Part shown: in pieces, positions 34,195 through 43,496 of the stretch
Numbering within the stretch: the stretch's first letter is position 1
How the letters are laid out: every line of letters starts with the position of its first letter
Assembly: GCA_963730185.1 (NCBI GenBank)
Contig: CAVSQW010000007.1
Span: 224,001 to 288,000, forward strand
DNA: 64,000 nt
Source: an uncultured Gemmatimonadales bacterium
GTDB lineage: Bacteria; Gemmatimonadota; Gemmatimonadetes; Gemmatimonadales; GWC2-71-9
Direction: 5' to 3'
Notes under the pieces: model-generated
What the model was told of the DNA's origin: nothing
What the model saw: only the letters and a program-made list of their open reading frames with translations
The model's database searches: none
Translations under genes and position numbers: made by a program

Positions 34195-35235
34195 TTAAAA
34201 GACCATCTGAATCTGGAACAGCGCCTGAGAGCGGACGCGATCGATCGCGGCCGCCGGGGTGGTCTGGTACGAGGTGTGGTCCACGTCGCCCAGGAGCCGG
34301 AGGTGGGAGCTCAGCTGGTAGGAGACCCCGGCGATGAACCGGGTGAGCCCGTCGTCCGGGGTGCTGGTATCGGGGTCGTGCGAGTCGACCCGCCCGATCA
34401 GCGCGAACTTGCTGTCCGGGATCCGATAGACGCCGATAGCGCTCAGGATCCGGCCGTGGGTGGTCGGCGGGAGCAGCGGGTCGGCGTCGAGGCGGTCACC
34501 GGTGGCCAGGAGGGTCCCGGCCAGCGTCACGGCCTTGGAGCGAAAGCTCACCTGGCCCAGGAACCGGTTCCGGACCCCGCCCCCGGTCGGCTGGCCGACC
34601 AGCGCGAAGCCGGTGAGCCGGAGGCCGCCGAACTTCCCGCCGTCGTCGCTCTTGGCCACCCGGACGGAGAGCCGGGCTTCGACGTCCTTGTGCTGATCGC
34701 CGGGGGCCTTGCTGTAGAACTCGCCGTTGAACACGCCGGCGCTCATCGTCACGGCATTGCCGTCCCAGGATCCCTCGGCCCCGATCCCGAAATCGGAGGA
34801 GCTGAGGTACCCGGCCCGGTCGGCCGCGATCGGCCCCTGCATCCGGTAGTCCCAGAGTCCCTCGGCATAGCTCACGTAGGGGGTCTCCCAGAGACCGAAC
34901 TTGTAGGTCAGGGCGCTTCCCTTGGGCTGCCAGGCCACGAAGCCGTACTTGAGCCGGTAGGTCAGCGATCCGTCGCTGGTGCGGTGGATGTCGGCGGTCA
35001 CCCGGCTGCTCACTCCGCCGGAGAACTTGCCGAGCACGTTGAGGTAGGTGCGGGTCACGTCGAAGTTGTTGACGTGGCCGGACCCGTCCGGATCCCGGAG
35101 GCCGTACATGTATTGCGCGTACATGACGCCCGAAAGGGTCACGGAGTCGGGTTTGGATTGAGCCATCAGAAACGAGGGCCGAGAGACCAGGACAAGCAGC
35201 GCAAGCGCCAGGGTCGAGCGGACTGGGCGAACCAT
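34195..35235 (-). CDS. Outer-membrane beta-barrel protein, putative phosphate porin
   Basis: Signal peptide, alternating beta strands, C-terminal F; lies between phoR and pstS. Confidence 0.7.
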   Translation of the reverse strand: MVRPVRSTLALALLVLVSRPSFLMAQSKPDSVTLSGVMYAQYMYGLRDPDGSGHVNNFDVTRTYLNVLGKFSGGVSSRVTADIHRTSDGSLTYRLKYGFVAWQPKGSALTYKFGLWETPYVSYAEGLWDYRMQGPIAADRAGYLSSSDFGIGAEGSWDGNAVTMSAGVFNGEFYSKAPGDQHKDVEARLSVRVAKSDDGGKFGGLRLTGFALVGQPTGGGVRNRFLGQVSFRSKAVTLAGTLLATGDRLDADPLLPPTTHGRILSAIGVYRIPDSKFALIGRVDSHDPDTSTPDDGLTRFIAGVSYQLSSHLRLLGDVDHTSYQTTPAAAIDRVRSQALFQIQMVF

Positions 35236-35313
35236 CGGAGCTCCCGCATGGGGTGGATGAAAGCCGCCGTGGGTCACGGGTCGGCAAACGCGACGTAACG
35301 GTCTCGCCGGGCG

Positions 35314-35351
35314 GTCACCCCAAAGTCAAGGAATGGTAACGTTCAGGTAAC
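35314..35351. promoter_or_regulatory. Pho-box-like array: four pentamers at 11-bp period
   Basis: GTCAC(35314) GTCAA(35325) GTAAC(35336) GTAAC(35347) upstream of porin-pstS. Confidence 0.7.
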
Positions 35352-35361
35352 GGCGGCAGGG

Positions 35362-37065
35362 TCAGGCCGGAAACCAGCAATGGATCGTGGTTCCCCGGCC
35401 CAAGTCGCTCTCGGCCGAGACGTTGCCGCCGTGGGCCTCGACCAGATGCTTGACGATCGCCAAGCCGAGGCCGGTCCCGCCCTGGTCCCGTGACCGGCTG
35501 GGATCGACCCGATAGAAGCGCTCGAAGATCCGGGGCAGGTGCTCGCCCGGGATCCCGCCCCCGGTGTCACTGACGCTCACCCGGGTGCCTCCCCCGTCCG
35601 GGATCGCCCGCACCCGGATCGACCCGTCGGGCGGGGTGTGCCGGACCGCGTTCTCGAGCAGGTTTCGGAGCACCTGCCGGACCCCGTCCGGATCGGCCCG
35701 CAGGGTCTCGGCGCCGGGCTCGATCGCGACCTCGAAGCGGGCGGCCAGGGCGCCCTTCGGCTGGACCAGCGACCAGGCCTCGCGGCAGGCCTTCTCCAGC
35801 GGAAACGGCTCGGGGCGGGGGCTCCAGTGGCCGGACTCGATCCGGGAGAGATCCAGCTGGTCGTCCACCAGGCGCTGCATCCGCCGGGCGTTGGCCAGGA
35901 TGGTCTCGACGAACCGGCGGGTCATCTCCCGCTCGACGTCGTCGCTGAGCAGGGTTTCGGCATACCCTGAGATCGCGGTCAGCGGGGTCTTGAGCTCATG
36001 CGACACGTTGGCGACGAAGTCCCGCCGGATCGCCTCCAGGCGCCGGAGCCGGGTCAGATCGTGCAGCACCACCACGGCCCCACCGGCCGGAAGCGCCCGG
36101 GCGTTGAGGAGACAGACCCGGTCGCCGATCTCGATCTCCCGCTCGCCCACGGGCGAGCCCTGGAGGGCGCCGGTCACGACCTCGCGGGCGTCGCGGGCCC
36201 GGAAGAGGAGCGGAAGGTCGGGGAGCTGGTCGGTGGGGGCGTAGCCCAGGAGACGCCGGGCCGCTGGATTGGCGGTGACGATCCGGCCCTTCTGGTCCGA
36301 CGAGAGCACCCCCTCCACCATCGCCTCGACGATCGCAGCGGTCTCGTTCTGGCGCTGGCGGAGGTCGTCGAACCGCTCGGTGAGCTGCCGGTGCATCTCC
36401 CGGAGGTCGGCGGTGAGCCGATCCACGTCGGGCATGCCAGACCAGGGGAAGTGCGGCGGCGACCCCCGGGCGATCGCCCGGGCGGCCTCGGAGACCTGCA
36501 CCAGGGGCCGGGTGAATTGCCGTCCGGCCCACCAGGCCATGCTCAGCCCCAGGGCCAGGGCCAGGAGCGCGGCCAGGAACACCGGCCCGAGCGATCGCCG
36601 GACCGAGGCCGAGATCCGATCGAGCGGGGCGGCCACCCGGATCACCCCCGGCCCGCCCGGGACCGCCACGTACATCAGCTCGGTGCCGACCGTGGCGCTG
36701 AGCCGTTTGGCGGTCCCGGGGCGCCCGGCGGCGAGGGCCTCCCGGACCTCGGGGCGGCCGGCGTGGTTCTCGATCCGGGGCAGATCGGCGTCCTCGGCCT
36801 CGGATTCGGCCCGAACCCGGCCGTCGGTGCCGATCAGGGTGACCCGGATCCCGGCCTCGCGGGCGAGGGTCTTGGCGGTGGCCTGCCACTGGGTGGAATC
36901 GGTGGGGAGGGCGGCTCGGACGAGGGCGACTTCGCGCTCGAGACTGGCCCGAGTGTCGGCCTCGAGGTCACGACGGAGCGAGCGTTCGACCCCGACCACC
37001 AAGGCGGTCACGGTGACGAGCAGAACGGCCACCGCGCCGAGAACCAGACGGCCGGTGTAGCTCAC
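35362..37065 (-). CDS. phoR: Phosphate regulon sensor kinase PhoR
   Basis: RRDFVANVSHELKTPLT, RIFERFYRVD, GGTGLGLAIVKH; GTGA overlap with phoB. Confidence 0.92.
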   Translation of the reverse strand: MSYTGRLVLGAVAVLLVTVTALVVGVERSLRRDLEADTRASLEREVALVRAALPTDSTQWQATAKTLAREAGIRVTLIGTDGRVRAESEAEDADLPRIENHAGRPEVREALAAGRPGTAKRLSATVGTELMYVAVPGGPGVIRVAAPLDRISASVRRSLGPVFLAALLALALGLSMAWWAGRQFTRPLVQVSEAARAIARGSPPHFPWSGMPDVDRLTADLREMHRQLTERFDDLRQRQNETAAIVEAMVEGVLSSDQKGRIVTANPAARRLLGYAPTDQLPDLPLLFRARDAREVVTGALQGSPVGEREIEIGDRVCLLNARALPAGGAVVVLHDLTRLRRLEAIRRDFVANVSHELKTPLTAISGYAETLLSDDVEREMTRRFVETILANARRMQRLVDDQLDLSRIESGHWSPRPEPFPLEKACREAWSLVQPKGALAARFEVAIEPGAETLRADPDGVRQVLRNLLENAVRHTPPDGSIRVRAIPDGGGTRVSVSDTGGGIPGEHLPRIFERFYRVDPSRSRDQGGTGLGLAIVKHLVEAHGGNVSAESDLGRGTTIHCWFPA

Positions 37066-37769
37066 CGGACCCGCGCGACCTTCTCTTGTCCCCGGAAACG
37101 GTAGCCGAAGCCGCGAACCGTCTCGATCATGTCGCCGGCGGGGCCGAGCTTGGTCCGGAGCCGCTGAACGTGCATGTCGACCGTCCGGGTCTGGATGTCG
37201 GGCTGGGCGTCCCAGACCGTCTCCAGCAGCTGAGGCCGGGTCTGGACCCGCCCCCGGCGCTCCACCAGCGTCGCGAGCAGCTTGTACTCCGTCGCCGTGA
37301 GCGAGAGCTCCTCGCCCTCGATCAGCACTCGGTGGGCCGAGCGGTCGATGGTGATCGAGCCGGCGACCAGCTGAGAGCCCGCCGCGACCGATGGGGCCGC
37401 CAGCCGGCGGAGAATCGCCGCCACCCGGAGGGTGAGTTCCTGCGGCGAGAACGGCTTGGTCAGATAGTCGTCGGCCCCGAGGGAAAGCCCCCGGATCCGG
37501 TCCACCTCTTCTCGCCGAGCCGTGAGCAGGATCACCCCCACGTCCCGAGTCTCGGCCTGCTTGCGAAGGGCCTGGAGCACGTCCAGGCCCGAGAGCCCCG
37601 GGAGCATCAGGTCGAGCACGATGACGTCGGGCCGCTGATCGGCCGCGGTCCTGAGGGCCTCGCTTCCGTTCGAGGCGGTGGACACCCGATAGCCGGCCTT
37701 GGCGAGGTGGTAGGCCACCAAGGCCGTGATATCGGGCTCGTCGTCGACCACCAGCACGCGATAGGTCAT
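37062..37769 (-). CDS. phoB: OmpR/PhoB family response regulator
   Basis: VVDDEP, LDLMLP, GADDYLTKPF, RTVDMHVQRLRTKL, TVRGFGY. Confidence 0.9.
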   Translation of the reverse strand: MTYRVLVVDDEPDITALVAYHLAKAGYRVSTASNGSEALRTAADQRPDVIVLDLMLPGLSGLDVLQALRKQAETRDVGVILLTARREEVDRIRGLSLGADDYLTKPFSPQELTLRVAAILRRLAAPSVAAGSQLVAGSITIDRSAHRVLIEGEELSLTATEYKLLATLVERRGRVQTRPQLLETVWDAQPDIQTRTVDMHVQRLRTKLGPAGDMIETVRGFGYRFRGQEKVARVR

Positions 37770-38143
37770 GCCTTGAGCGCTCCTTCACCCGTCGTCGCCA
37801 CCGGCCGGCCCCGAGTGCGGCTTCGGTCCTGCGCCTTGCCCCGCTCCCGGCGGAGCGAGGGCTCGCCGGCGAGGGCGTCGAGAATGGCCGAGAGTAGCCG
37901 TCCCTGGGAGCCGGGCTCACGGGCCAGGCGGTATAGAACGTATTGCGCCACATGGGTATCGCGCACCAACTCGGCGCGCTTCAGCACGTTGAGGTGCCGG
38001 GATACCGTGGGCTGCGGGAGGTCGAGGACCTCCTGGAGGTCGGACACGAAGAGGGGCGCGACGGCGAGACAGTTGAGAATACGGAGCCGGGTTGGCTCCG
38101 CCACCGTCACCAGGAGTTCGACCGCGGTCTCAGGAGTGCTCAT
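37766..38143 (-). CDS. ArsR/SmtB family regulator
   Basis: EPTRLRIL, QPTVSRHLNVLK; ATGA overlap with phoB. Confidence 0.88.
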   Translation of the reverse strand: MSTPETAVELLVTVAEPTRLRILNCLAVAPLFVSDLQEVLDLPQPTVSRHLNVLKRAELVRDTHVAQYVLYRLAREPGSQGRLLSAILDALAGEPSLRRERGKAQDRSRTRGRPVATTGEGALKA

Positions 38144-38205
38144 ATTCGCCGAGACGAATATGACAGGCCCAGGAAATGGGTCAAGCCGCGTGACTCAAGT
38201 GTTAC
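38141..38205 (-). promoter_or_regulatory. Candidate ArsR operator CATATTCG-N6-CGAATATG, TTGACC..CATATT promoter and GTAAC-N6-GTCAC Pho-like dyad
   Basis: Perfect 8-6-8 palindrome 38141-38162; pentamers at 38190 and 38201. Confidence 0.65.
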
Positions 38206-38215
38206 TGGACAGACA

Positions 38216-38391
38216 TAGGGAGTGGGGAGTCGTGAATAGGGAGTAGGGAGGGAGTTGTGAATAGGGAGTAGGAGGGAGGGAGTTGGGAGGGGGGCGTGAG
38301 CAGGCGGTAGAGGGCCACTATTCCCTACTCCCTCGTACTCCCTACTCACAACTCCCTCCCTATTCCCCTATTCACGACTCCCCACTCCCTA
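38216..38391. repeat. Heptamer-based (TAGGGAG/TGGGGAG/TYGTGAR) inverted repeat element, copy 1
   Basis: 26-bp perfect terminal inverted repeat TAGGGAGTGGGGAGTCGTGAATAGGG at 38216-38241 / 38366-38391. Confidence 0.88.
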
Positions 38392-38440
38392 CCCCGTAAG
38401 GCGTTGTCTTCAAGCCACCTAGCCCGTACCTTCCCCCCTC

Positions 38441-39937
38441 ATGCTCGCGTCCCTCCTGGCGGGCCTCACCCTCCTGGCCCCCGCCGATTCGGTCGTCCTC
38501 CGGGTCTTGGCCATCACCGACTTTCATGGGGCGCTCGCGCCCCGCGTCTACCGGTGGTCCGATCACCGGCCGGTCGGGGGGATCGCCGCTCTCAAGAGTT
38601 ACCTGGACAGCCTGGCGGCCGACTGTGCCTGCCCGGCGCTCCGGGTGGACGCCGGCGACGAGATGCAGGGCACCCTCGAGTCCAATCTCGTCTACGGCCG
38701 CTCGTCCATCGACGCCATGAATCTCCTCGGCCTCGACGGCGCGGCGGTGGGGAATCACGATCTCGACTGGACGGTCGACTCCCTTCGAGCCCGGATGCGG
38801 CAGGCCCGCTACCCCTGGCTGGTCGCGAACCTCTTCGACTCCGCCACGGGCCGACGCCCCGATTGGGTCGAGCCGTACCGAATCGTCCGGGCCGGGCGGT
38901 TCCGGATCGGGCTGATCGGGTACCTCACGCCGACCACCAAGCAGATCGTGATGGCCGACGACGTGGCCGGTCTGGCCTTCGGCCGGGGGCGGAAAGCCAT
39001 CCAGGACGTGTTGGACCGGGTTCAGGCCCAGGGGGTGGATCTCACCATTCTGCTGGCGCACGAGGGCGCCTTCTGCGATTCCGCCTGCCACGGTCCGATC
39101 GTCGACCTGGCCCGGGAGCTCGATTCGAACACCGTGCAGCTGATCGTCGGCGGTCACACCCACTCGCTGGTGAACACCCGGGTCAACGGGATCCCGATCG
39201 TCGTGGCCCAGGCCTACGGGACGGCGGTCGGCATCGCAGATCTTGCGGTCGACCCGGAGGGAGGCCGCCGGTGGACCGTCCGGGTGGACACCGCCTATGC
39301 CGACGCGGTCCACCCCGACTCCGCCGGGGTGGCCCTGCTGGCCCGCTACCGCCCCCGGACCGACTCCGTGAGTCATCAGGTGATCGCGACGATCGGCGAC
39401 TCGCTGATCAACGGAAGGGGGGAGTTCCCGCTGGGTGACCTGATCGCCGATGCCCAGCGGGCCGCCGCCCAGGCTGACTTCGGGATGATGAACAATGGCG
39501 GGATCCGCCGGGACCTCATGCCCGGGCCGGTGACCTACGGCGATCTCTTCGAGCTCCAGCCCTTCGGGAACCTGGTCGAGTCGGTCCCGGTCACCGGCGC
39601 TCAGCTCAAGGACATCGTGGAGCATGCCCTGGTCCGGGGCAGGCCGTGGGCCCACTTCTCGGGTCTGGTGGCCCGCTACGACCCTCGTGCCCCCGTGGGT
39701 CACCGGGTGCTCTCGCTCGAGCGGCCCGACGGGCGGCCCATCCGGCCCGCCGGCCGGTACCGGCTTGCCGTGACCGACTTCATCGCCTCGGGCGGTGATG
39801 CTTACCCTCACCTTCCTTCGCTTCCGGCCCGCCGGATCGGCATGACCGATCTCCAGGCGTTGATCGCGTGGCTCCGGAGCCGGCCGCAACCGGTCCGGGG
39901 CCCGCCCGGGGAGCGGATGATCGCCGTCGCCCCGTGA
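38441..39937 (+). CDS. Exported 5'-nucleotidase / UDP-sugar hydrolase
   Basis: TDFHG, DAGDEMQG, GNHDLD, GGHTH, NNGGIR, QPFGN. Confidence 0.92.
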   Translation: MLASLLAGLTLLAPADSVVLRVLAITDFHGALAPRVYRWSDHRPVGGIAALKSYLDSLAADCACPALRVDAGDEMQGTLESNLVYGRSSIDAMNLLGLDGAAVGNHDLDWTVDSLRARMRQARYPWLVANLFDSATGRRPDWVEPYRIVRAGRFRIGLIGYLTPTTKQIVMADDVAGLAFGRGRKAIQDVLDRVQAQGVDLTILLAHEGAFCDSACHGPIVDLARELDSNTVQLIVGGHTHSLVNTRVNGIPIVVAQAYGTAVGIADLAVDPEGGRRWTVRVDTAYADAVHPDSAGVALLARYRPRTDSVSHQVIATIGDSLINGRGEFPLGDLIADAQRAAAQADFGMMNNGGIRRDLMPGPVTYGDLFELQPFGNLVESVPVTGAQLKDIVEHALVRGRPWAHFSGLVARYDPRAPVGHRVLSLERPDGRPIRPAGRYRLAVTDFIASGGDAYPHLPSLPARRIGMTDLQALIAWLRSRPQPVRGPPGERMIAVAP

Positions 39938-40179
39938 CCGATTCCATCGCCGTCTTCGTGAACGACCGCCGGGTGGCCGTCGCGCCCGGAACCGCCGCCG
40001 CCGCCGCCGTAACCCGGGCCGACGTCGAGCTGGGCCGGGCCCTGGCCGGCGGCCACGCCTACCTCACTGACGGCCGGGGCATCCGGCTGGCGGCCGACGC
40101 GCCCCTCGCCGCCGGGGCGATCGTCCGGGTGATCCGTTCGAGCCGGGCCCGGAAGGAGGCCGCCGATGGTGACGCGTGA
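39934..40179 (+). CDS. Small hypothetical protein, possible beta-grasp (ThiS/MoaD-like) fold
   Basis: GTGA coupling to nucleotidase, overlaps add start; IAVFVNDRRVAVAPG...PLAAGAIVRVI. Confidence 0.6.
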   Translation: MTDSIAVFVNDRRVAVAPGTAAAAAVTRADVELGRALAGGHAYLTDGRGIRLAADAPLAAGAIVRVIRSSRARKEAADGDA

Positions 40180-41188
40180 GCTCCTGGCTCGGCTCCCCAA
40201 GGCCGAGCTCCACGTCCACCTCGACGGGTCGCTCCGACCCGAGACGATGGTCGAGCTGGCCGACCGAGTCCACGTGGAGCTGCCCACCCGCGACCCGGAC
40301 CGGCTCCGCCGGTTCATGCTGGTCGATACCGCCCGGAACCTCGAGGACTATCTCCAGCGCTTCGACGTGACCATCGCGCTGCTCCAGACCCCGGAGGCGA
40401 TCGAGCGGGTGGCCTACGAGATGGTGGAAGACGCCGCCCGCGACAACGTCCGCTACCTCGAGGTCCGCTACTGCCCCACCCTCAGCACCCGGGGCGGGCT
40501 CTCGCTGGAGGACGCCGTCCGGGCCGAGTGGCGCGGGCTCGCCCGGGGCGAGGCCGATTTCGGGGTCGTGGCCCGGATCATCAACTGCTCGCTCCGGCAC
40601 TACCAGCCGGCGGTCTCGCTCGAGATCGCCCGGGCCAGCGTGGGACTGCGTGACGCGGGGGTGGTGGGCTTCGACCTGGCGGGCGGCGAGGCGGGGCGGC
40701 CCCCGGGGGCCCATGCCGAGGCGTTCGACCTGGCCCAGGCGGGTTATCTCGGCATCACGGTGCACGCCGGCGAAGCCGCCGGGGCGGACTCGGTGGCCGA
40801 GGCCGTGTTCCGCTGTCATGCCAACCGGCTCGGCCACGGGACCCGGCTCTACGAGAACCCCGAGCTCGAGGCCTACGTTCGCGATCGCCGGATCGTGATC
40901 GAGACCAACATCACCAGCAACCTCCAGACCCGCGCGGTGACGCACGCCGCCGATCATCCGGTGCGCGGGTATTTCGATCACGGCCTCGCCGTGACGCTCT
41001 CGACCGACAGCTGGCTCATGAGCGGGGTGAGCCTCACCGACGAATACTGGCTCGCCCACCGCGAGCTGGAGTTCGACCGGGCGGAGATCGACCAGTTGAT
41101 CCTCAACGCCTTCGAGGGCGCCTTTCTTCCCTGGCCTGAACGGCACGACCTGGTAACCCGGGTGCGGGCCGAGCTCGAGGACCATTGA
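40166..41188 (+). CDS. add: Adenosine deaminase
   Basis: PKAELHVHLDGS, GFDLAGGE, TVHAGEA, RLGHG, STD. Confidence 0.93.
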   Translation: MVTRELLARLPKAELHVHLDGSLRPETMVELADRVHVELPTRDPDRLRRFMLVDTARNLEDYLQRFDVTIALLQTPEAIERVAYEMVEDAARDNVRYLEVRYCPTLSTRGGLSLEDAVRAEWRGLARGEADFGVVARIINCSLRHYQPAVSLEIARASVGLRDAGVVGFDLAGGEAGRPPGAHAEAFDLAQAGYLGITVHAGEAAGADSVAEAVFRCHANRLGHGTRLYENPELEAYVRDRRIVIETNITSNLQTRAVTHAADHPVRGYFDHGLAVTLSTDSWLMSGVSLTDEYWLAHRELEFDRAEIDQLILNAFEGAFLPWPERHDLVTRVRAELEDH

Positions 41189-41190
41189 CC

Positions 41191-42561
41191 ATGCTCTTCC
41201 TCGTCCAGACCGCCGCCCAACGGCTCGAAGCCGCGCGGTCCGGTCTCGATACCCCCCTCCCCGAGCGACTGATCGGCCTGCTCGGCATCGCGGTGATGGT
41301 CGGCATCGCGGTGCTGATGAGCTACGACCGGAAGAAGATCAACTGGCGGCTGGTGGCGACCGGCCTCGGCCTCCAGGCCCTGTTCGGCGTGGTGGTCCTC
41401 AAGACCTCGGTGGGCCGGGTGGTGTTCGCGGGACTCGGCCGCGCGGTCACCGGCCTGCTCGGCTTCCAGGAGCAGGGCGCGCGGTTCGTGTTCGGCAATC
41501 TGGTCCAGAACACGGTGCCGGTCGGCGTTCCCGGAGCGGGCGGCGGGATCGACGCGACCGCCGGCATGGTGGCGAACACGGGCTCCTATTTCGCCTTCAA
41601 CGTGCTTCCCACCATCATCTTCTTCTCCTCCCTGATGTCGGTCCTCTACTACTTGGGCGTGATGCAGCTGGTGGTGAAGGGGATCGCCTGGGGCATGCAG
41701 AAGACGCTGGGGACGTCGGGCGCCGAGACCCTCTCCGCCTCCGGCAACATCTTTCTGGGCCAGACCGAGGCGCCCCTTCTGATCAAGCCTTTCGTGAGTC
41801 GGATGACCCAGTCCGAGCTCCTCACCGTGATGGTGGGCGGGTTCGCGACCGTGGCGGGCGGGGTGCTGGCCGCCTACGTCGGGATGCTCTCGGGCGAGTT
41901 CCCCGGGATTGCGTCGCACCTCCTGGCGGCCAGCGTGATGAACGCGCCCGCCGGGCTGGTGCTCTCGAAGATCATCCGGCCCGAGGTCGAGACGCCGGTC
42001 ACGGCGGGCACCCTCGAGATGCAAATCGAGAAGACCGACAAGAGCGTCATCGAAGCGGCCGCGAGCGGCGCCGGGCAGGGGCTGCAGCTCGCCCTGAACG
42101 TGGGCGCGATGCTGATGGCCTTCATCGCGCTGGTCGCGTTGCTCAACTTCCTCCTGGGGTGGGCCGGTGGCCTGGTCGGCCTCGACGGCCTCTCGCTCCA
42201 GAGCATCCTGGGCACCCTTCTCCGTCCCCTCGCTTGGGTGATGGGCGTGCCTTGGCACGACACCAGCTACGTCGGCTCGCTGATCGGCCTCAAGACCACC
42301 CTCAACGAGTTCGTCGCCTACGCCCAGTTCGCGAGCGACCTGGGCGGTACCGCCCTGACCATCTCTCCCCGGAGCGCCGTGATCCTCACCTACGCGCTGC
42401 TTGGCTTCGCGAACTTCTCGTCGATCGCCATCCAGATCGGCGGGATCGGGGGGCTCGCGCCGGAGCGGAAGAGCGAGATCGCCGGGTTCGGCCTCCGGGC
42501 CATGATCGCCGGGAACCTGGCGGCCTTTACCTCGGCGGCCCTGGCGGGGATGCTGACATGA
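41191..42561 (+). CDS. nupC: Concentrative nucleoside transporter (CNT/NupC)
   Basis: NIFLGQTEAPL, GGFATVAGG, LNEFVAY, GFANFSSIAIQIGG. Confidence 0.93.
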   Translation: MLFLVQTAAQRLEAARSGLDTPLPERLIGLLGIAVMVGIAVLMSYDRKKINWRLVATGLGLQALFGVVVLKTSVGRVVFAGLGRAVTGLLGFQEQGARFVFGNLVQNTVPVGVPGAGGGIDATAGMVANTGSYFAFNVLPTIIFFSSLMSVLYYLGVMQLVVKGIAWGMQKTLGTSGAETLSASGNIFLGQTEAPLLIKPFVSRMTQSELLTVMVGGFATVAGGVLAAYVGMLSGEFPGIASHLLAASVMNAPAGLVLSKIIRPEVETPVTAGTLEMQIEKTDKSVIEAAASGAGQGLQLALNVGAMLMAFIALVALLNFLLGWAGGLVGLDGLSLQSILGTLLRPLAWVMGVPWHDTSYVGSLIGLKTTLNEFVAYAQFASDLGGTALTISPRSAVILTYALLGFANFSSIAIQIGGIGGLAPERKSEIAGFGLRAMIAGNLAAFTSAALAGMLT

Positions 42562-43373
42562 GCGCCGACGTGCGACGGGCCGCCGAGGCGGTCGGGGCCC
42601 GGCTCCAGGGCCGGAAGCCGGAGGTGGCGATCGTGCTCGGCTCCGGCCTGGGCGCCCTCGCCGAACAGGTGGCCGACCCGATCCGGATCGGCTACGGCGA
42701 GATTCCCGGTTTCCACCTGCCCGGCGTCGAGGGCCACCGGGGCGAGCTCGTCTCCGGAACGTTAGGCGGCCGGCCGGTGATCGTGCAGGCCGGCCGGTTT
42801 CACATGTACGAGGGCCACTCGGCCGACGTCGCCGCCCTGCCGATCCGGGTCTTCGCCGCCTTGGGCGCCACGACGCTGGTGGTCACCAACGCCGCCGGCG
42901 GAGTCCGGACCGGGTTCGACGCCGGCACCATCATGCTGATCTCGGATCATCTGAACCTGACCGGGCGGACCCCGCTGGAGGGCCCGGTCCGGGACGGCGA
43001 GCAACGCTTCCCCGACCTGACCGAAGCCTACGACGCCGAGCTCCGGGCCCGGGCCCGGGCGATGGCGGCCCGCGAGGGCATCGCGCTCGAGGAGGGCGTC
43101 TACGCCGGCCTGCTGGGGCCGAGCTACGAGACCCCGGCCGAAATCCGGATGCTGGCCACCCTGGGCGCCGATGCCGTCGGCATGTCGACCGTGGCCGAGG
43201 TGATCGCCGCCCGCGCGCTGGGGCTCCGGGTGCTGGGCTTCTCGATCGTGACCAACGCCGCCGCCGGCCTGGGCGGCGCGATGCTCTCGCATGCCGAGGT
43301 GATGGAGGCCGCCGGGAGGACGGGCGCCGCGGTGGGGCGCCTGGTCGGGGCGGTAGTGAGTTGGGATTCGTGA
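42558..43373 (+). CDS. punA: Trimeric-type purine nucleoside phosphorylase
   Basis: VLGSGLG, GRFHMYEG, TNAAGG, GPSYETPAE, VGMST. Confidence 0.92.
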   Translation: MSADVRRAAEAVGARLQGRKPEVAIVLGSGLGALAEQVADPIRIGYGEIPGFHLPGVEGHRGELVSGTLGGRPVIVQAGRFHMYEGHSADVAALPIRVFAALGATTLVVTNAAGGVRTGFDAGTIMLISDHLNLTGRTPLEGPVRDGEQRFPDLTEAYDAELRARARAMAAREGIALEEGVYAGLLGPSYETPAEIRMLATLGADAVGMSTVAEVIAARALGLRVLGFSIVTNAAAGLGGAMLSHAEVMEAAGRTGAAVGRLVGAVVSWDS

Positions 43374-43495
43374 GTGGGGAATAGGGAGGGAGTAGTGGAT
43401 GGGGAGTAGGGGAGTGAGTAGGGCGAGGGTGGCGCCCCTACTCCCGACTCCCTACTCCCTACTCCCTCTCCCTATTCACGAGTCACGAGTCACAA
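43354..43495. repeat. Heptamer inverted repeat element, copy 2 (punA/thiD convergent junction)
   Basis: TAGGGAG-type arm then CTCCCTA-type arm and CCCTATTCACGA. Confidence 0.82.
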
Positions 43496-43496
43496 T

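Noticed and set aside
38216..38391. Repeat arrays as CRISPR or IS/MITE ends
   Set aside because: No constant repeat with unique spacers, no cas or transposase gene, no clear target duplication
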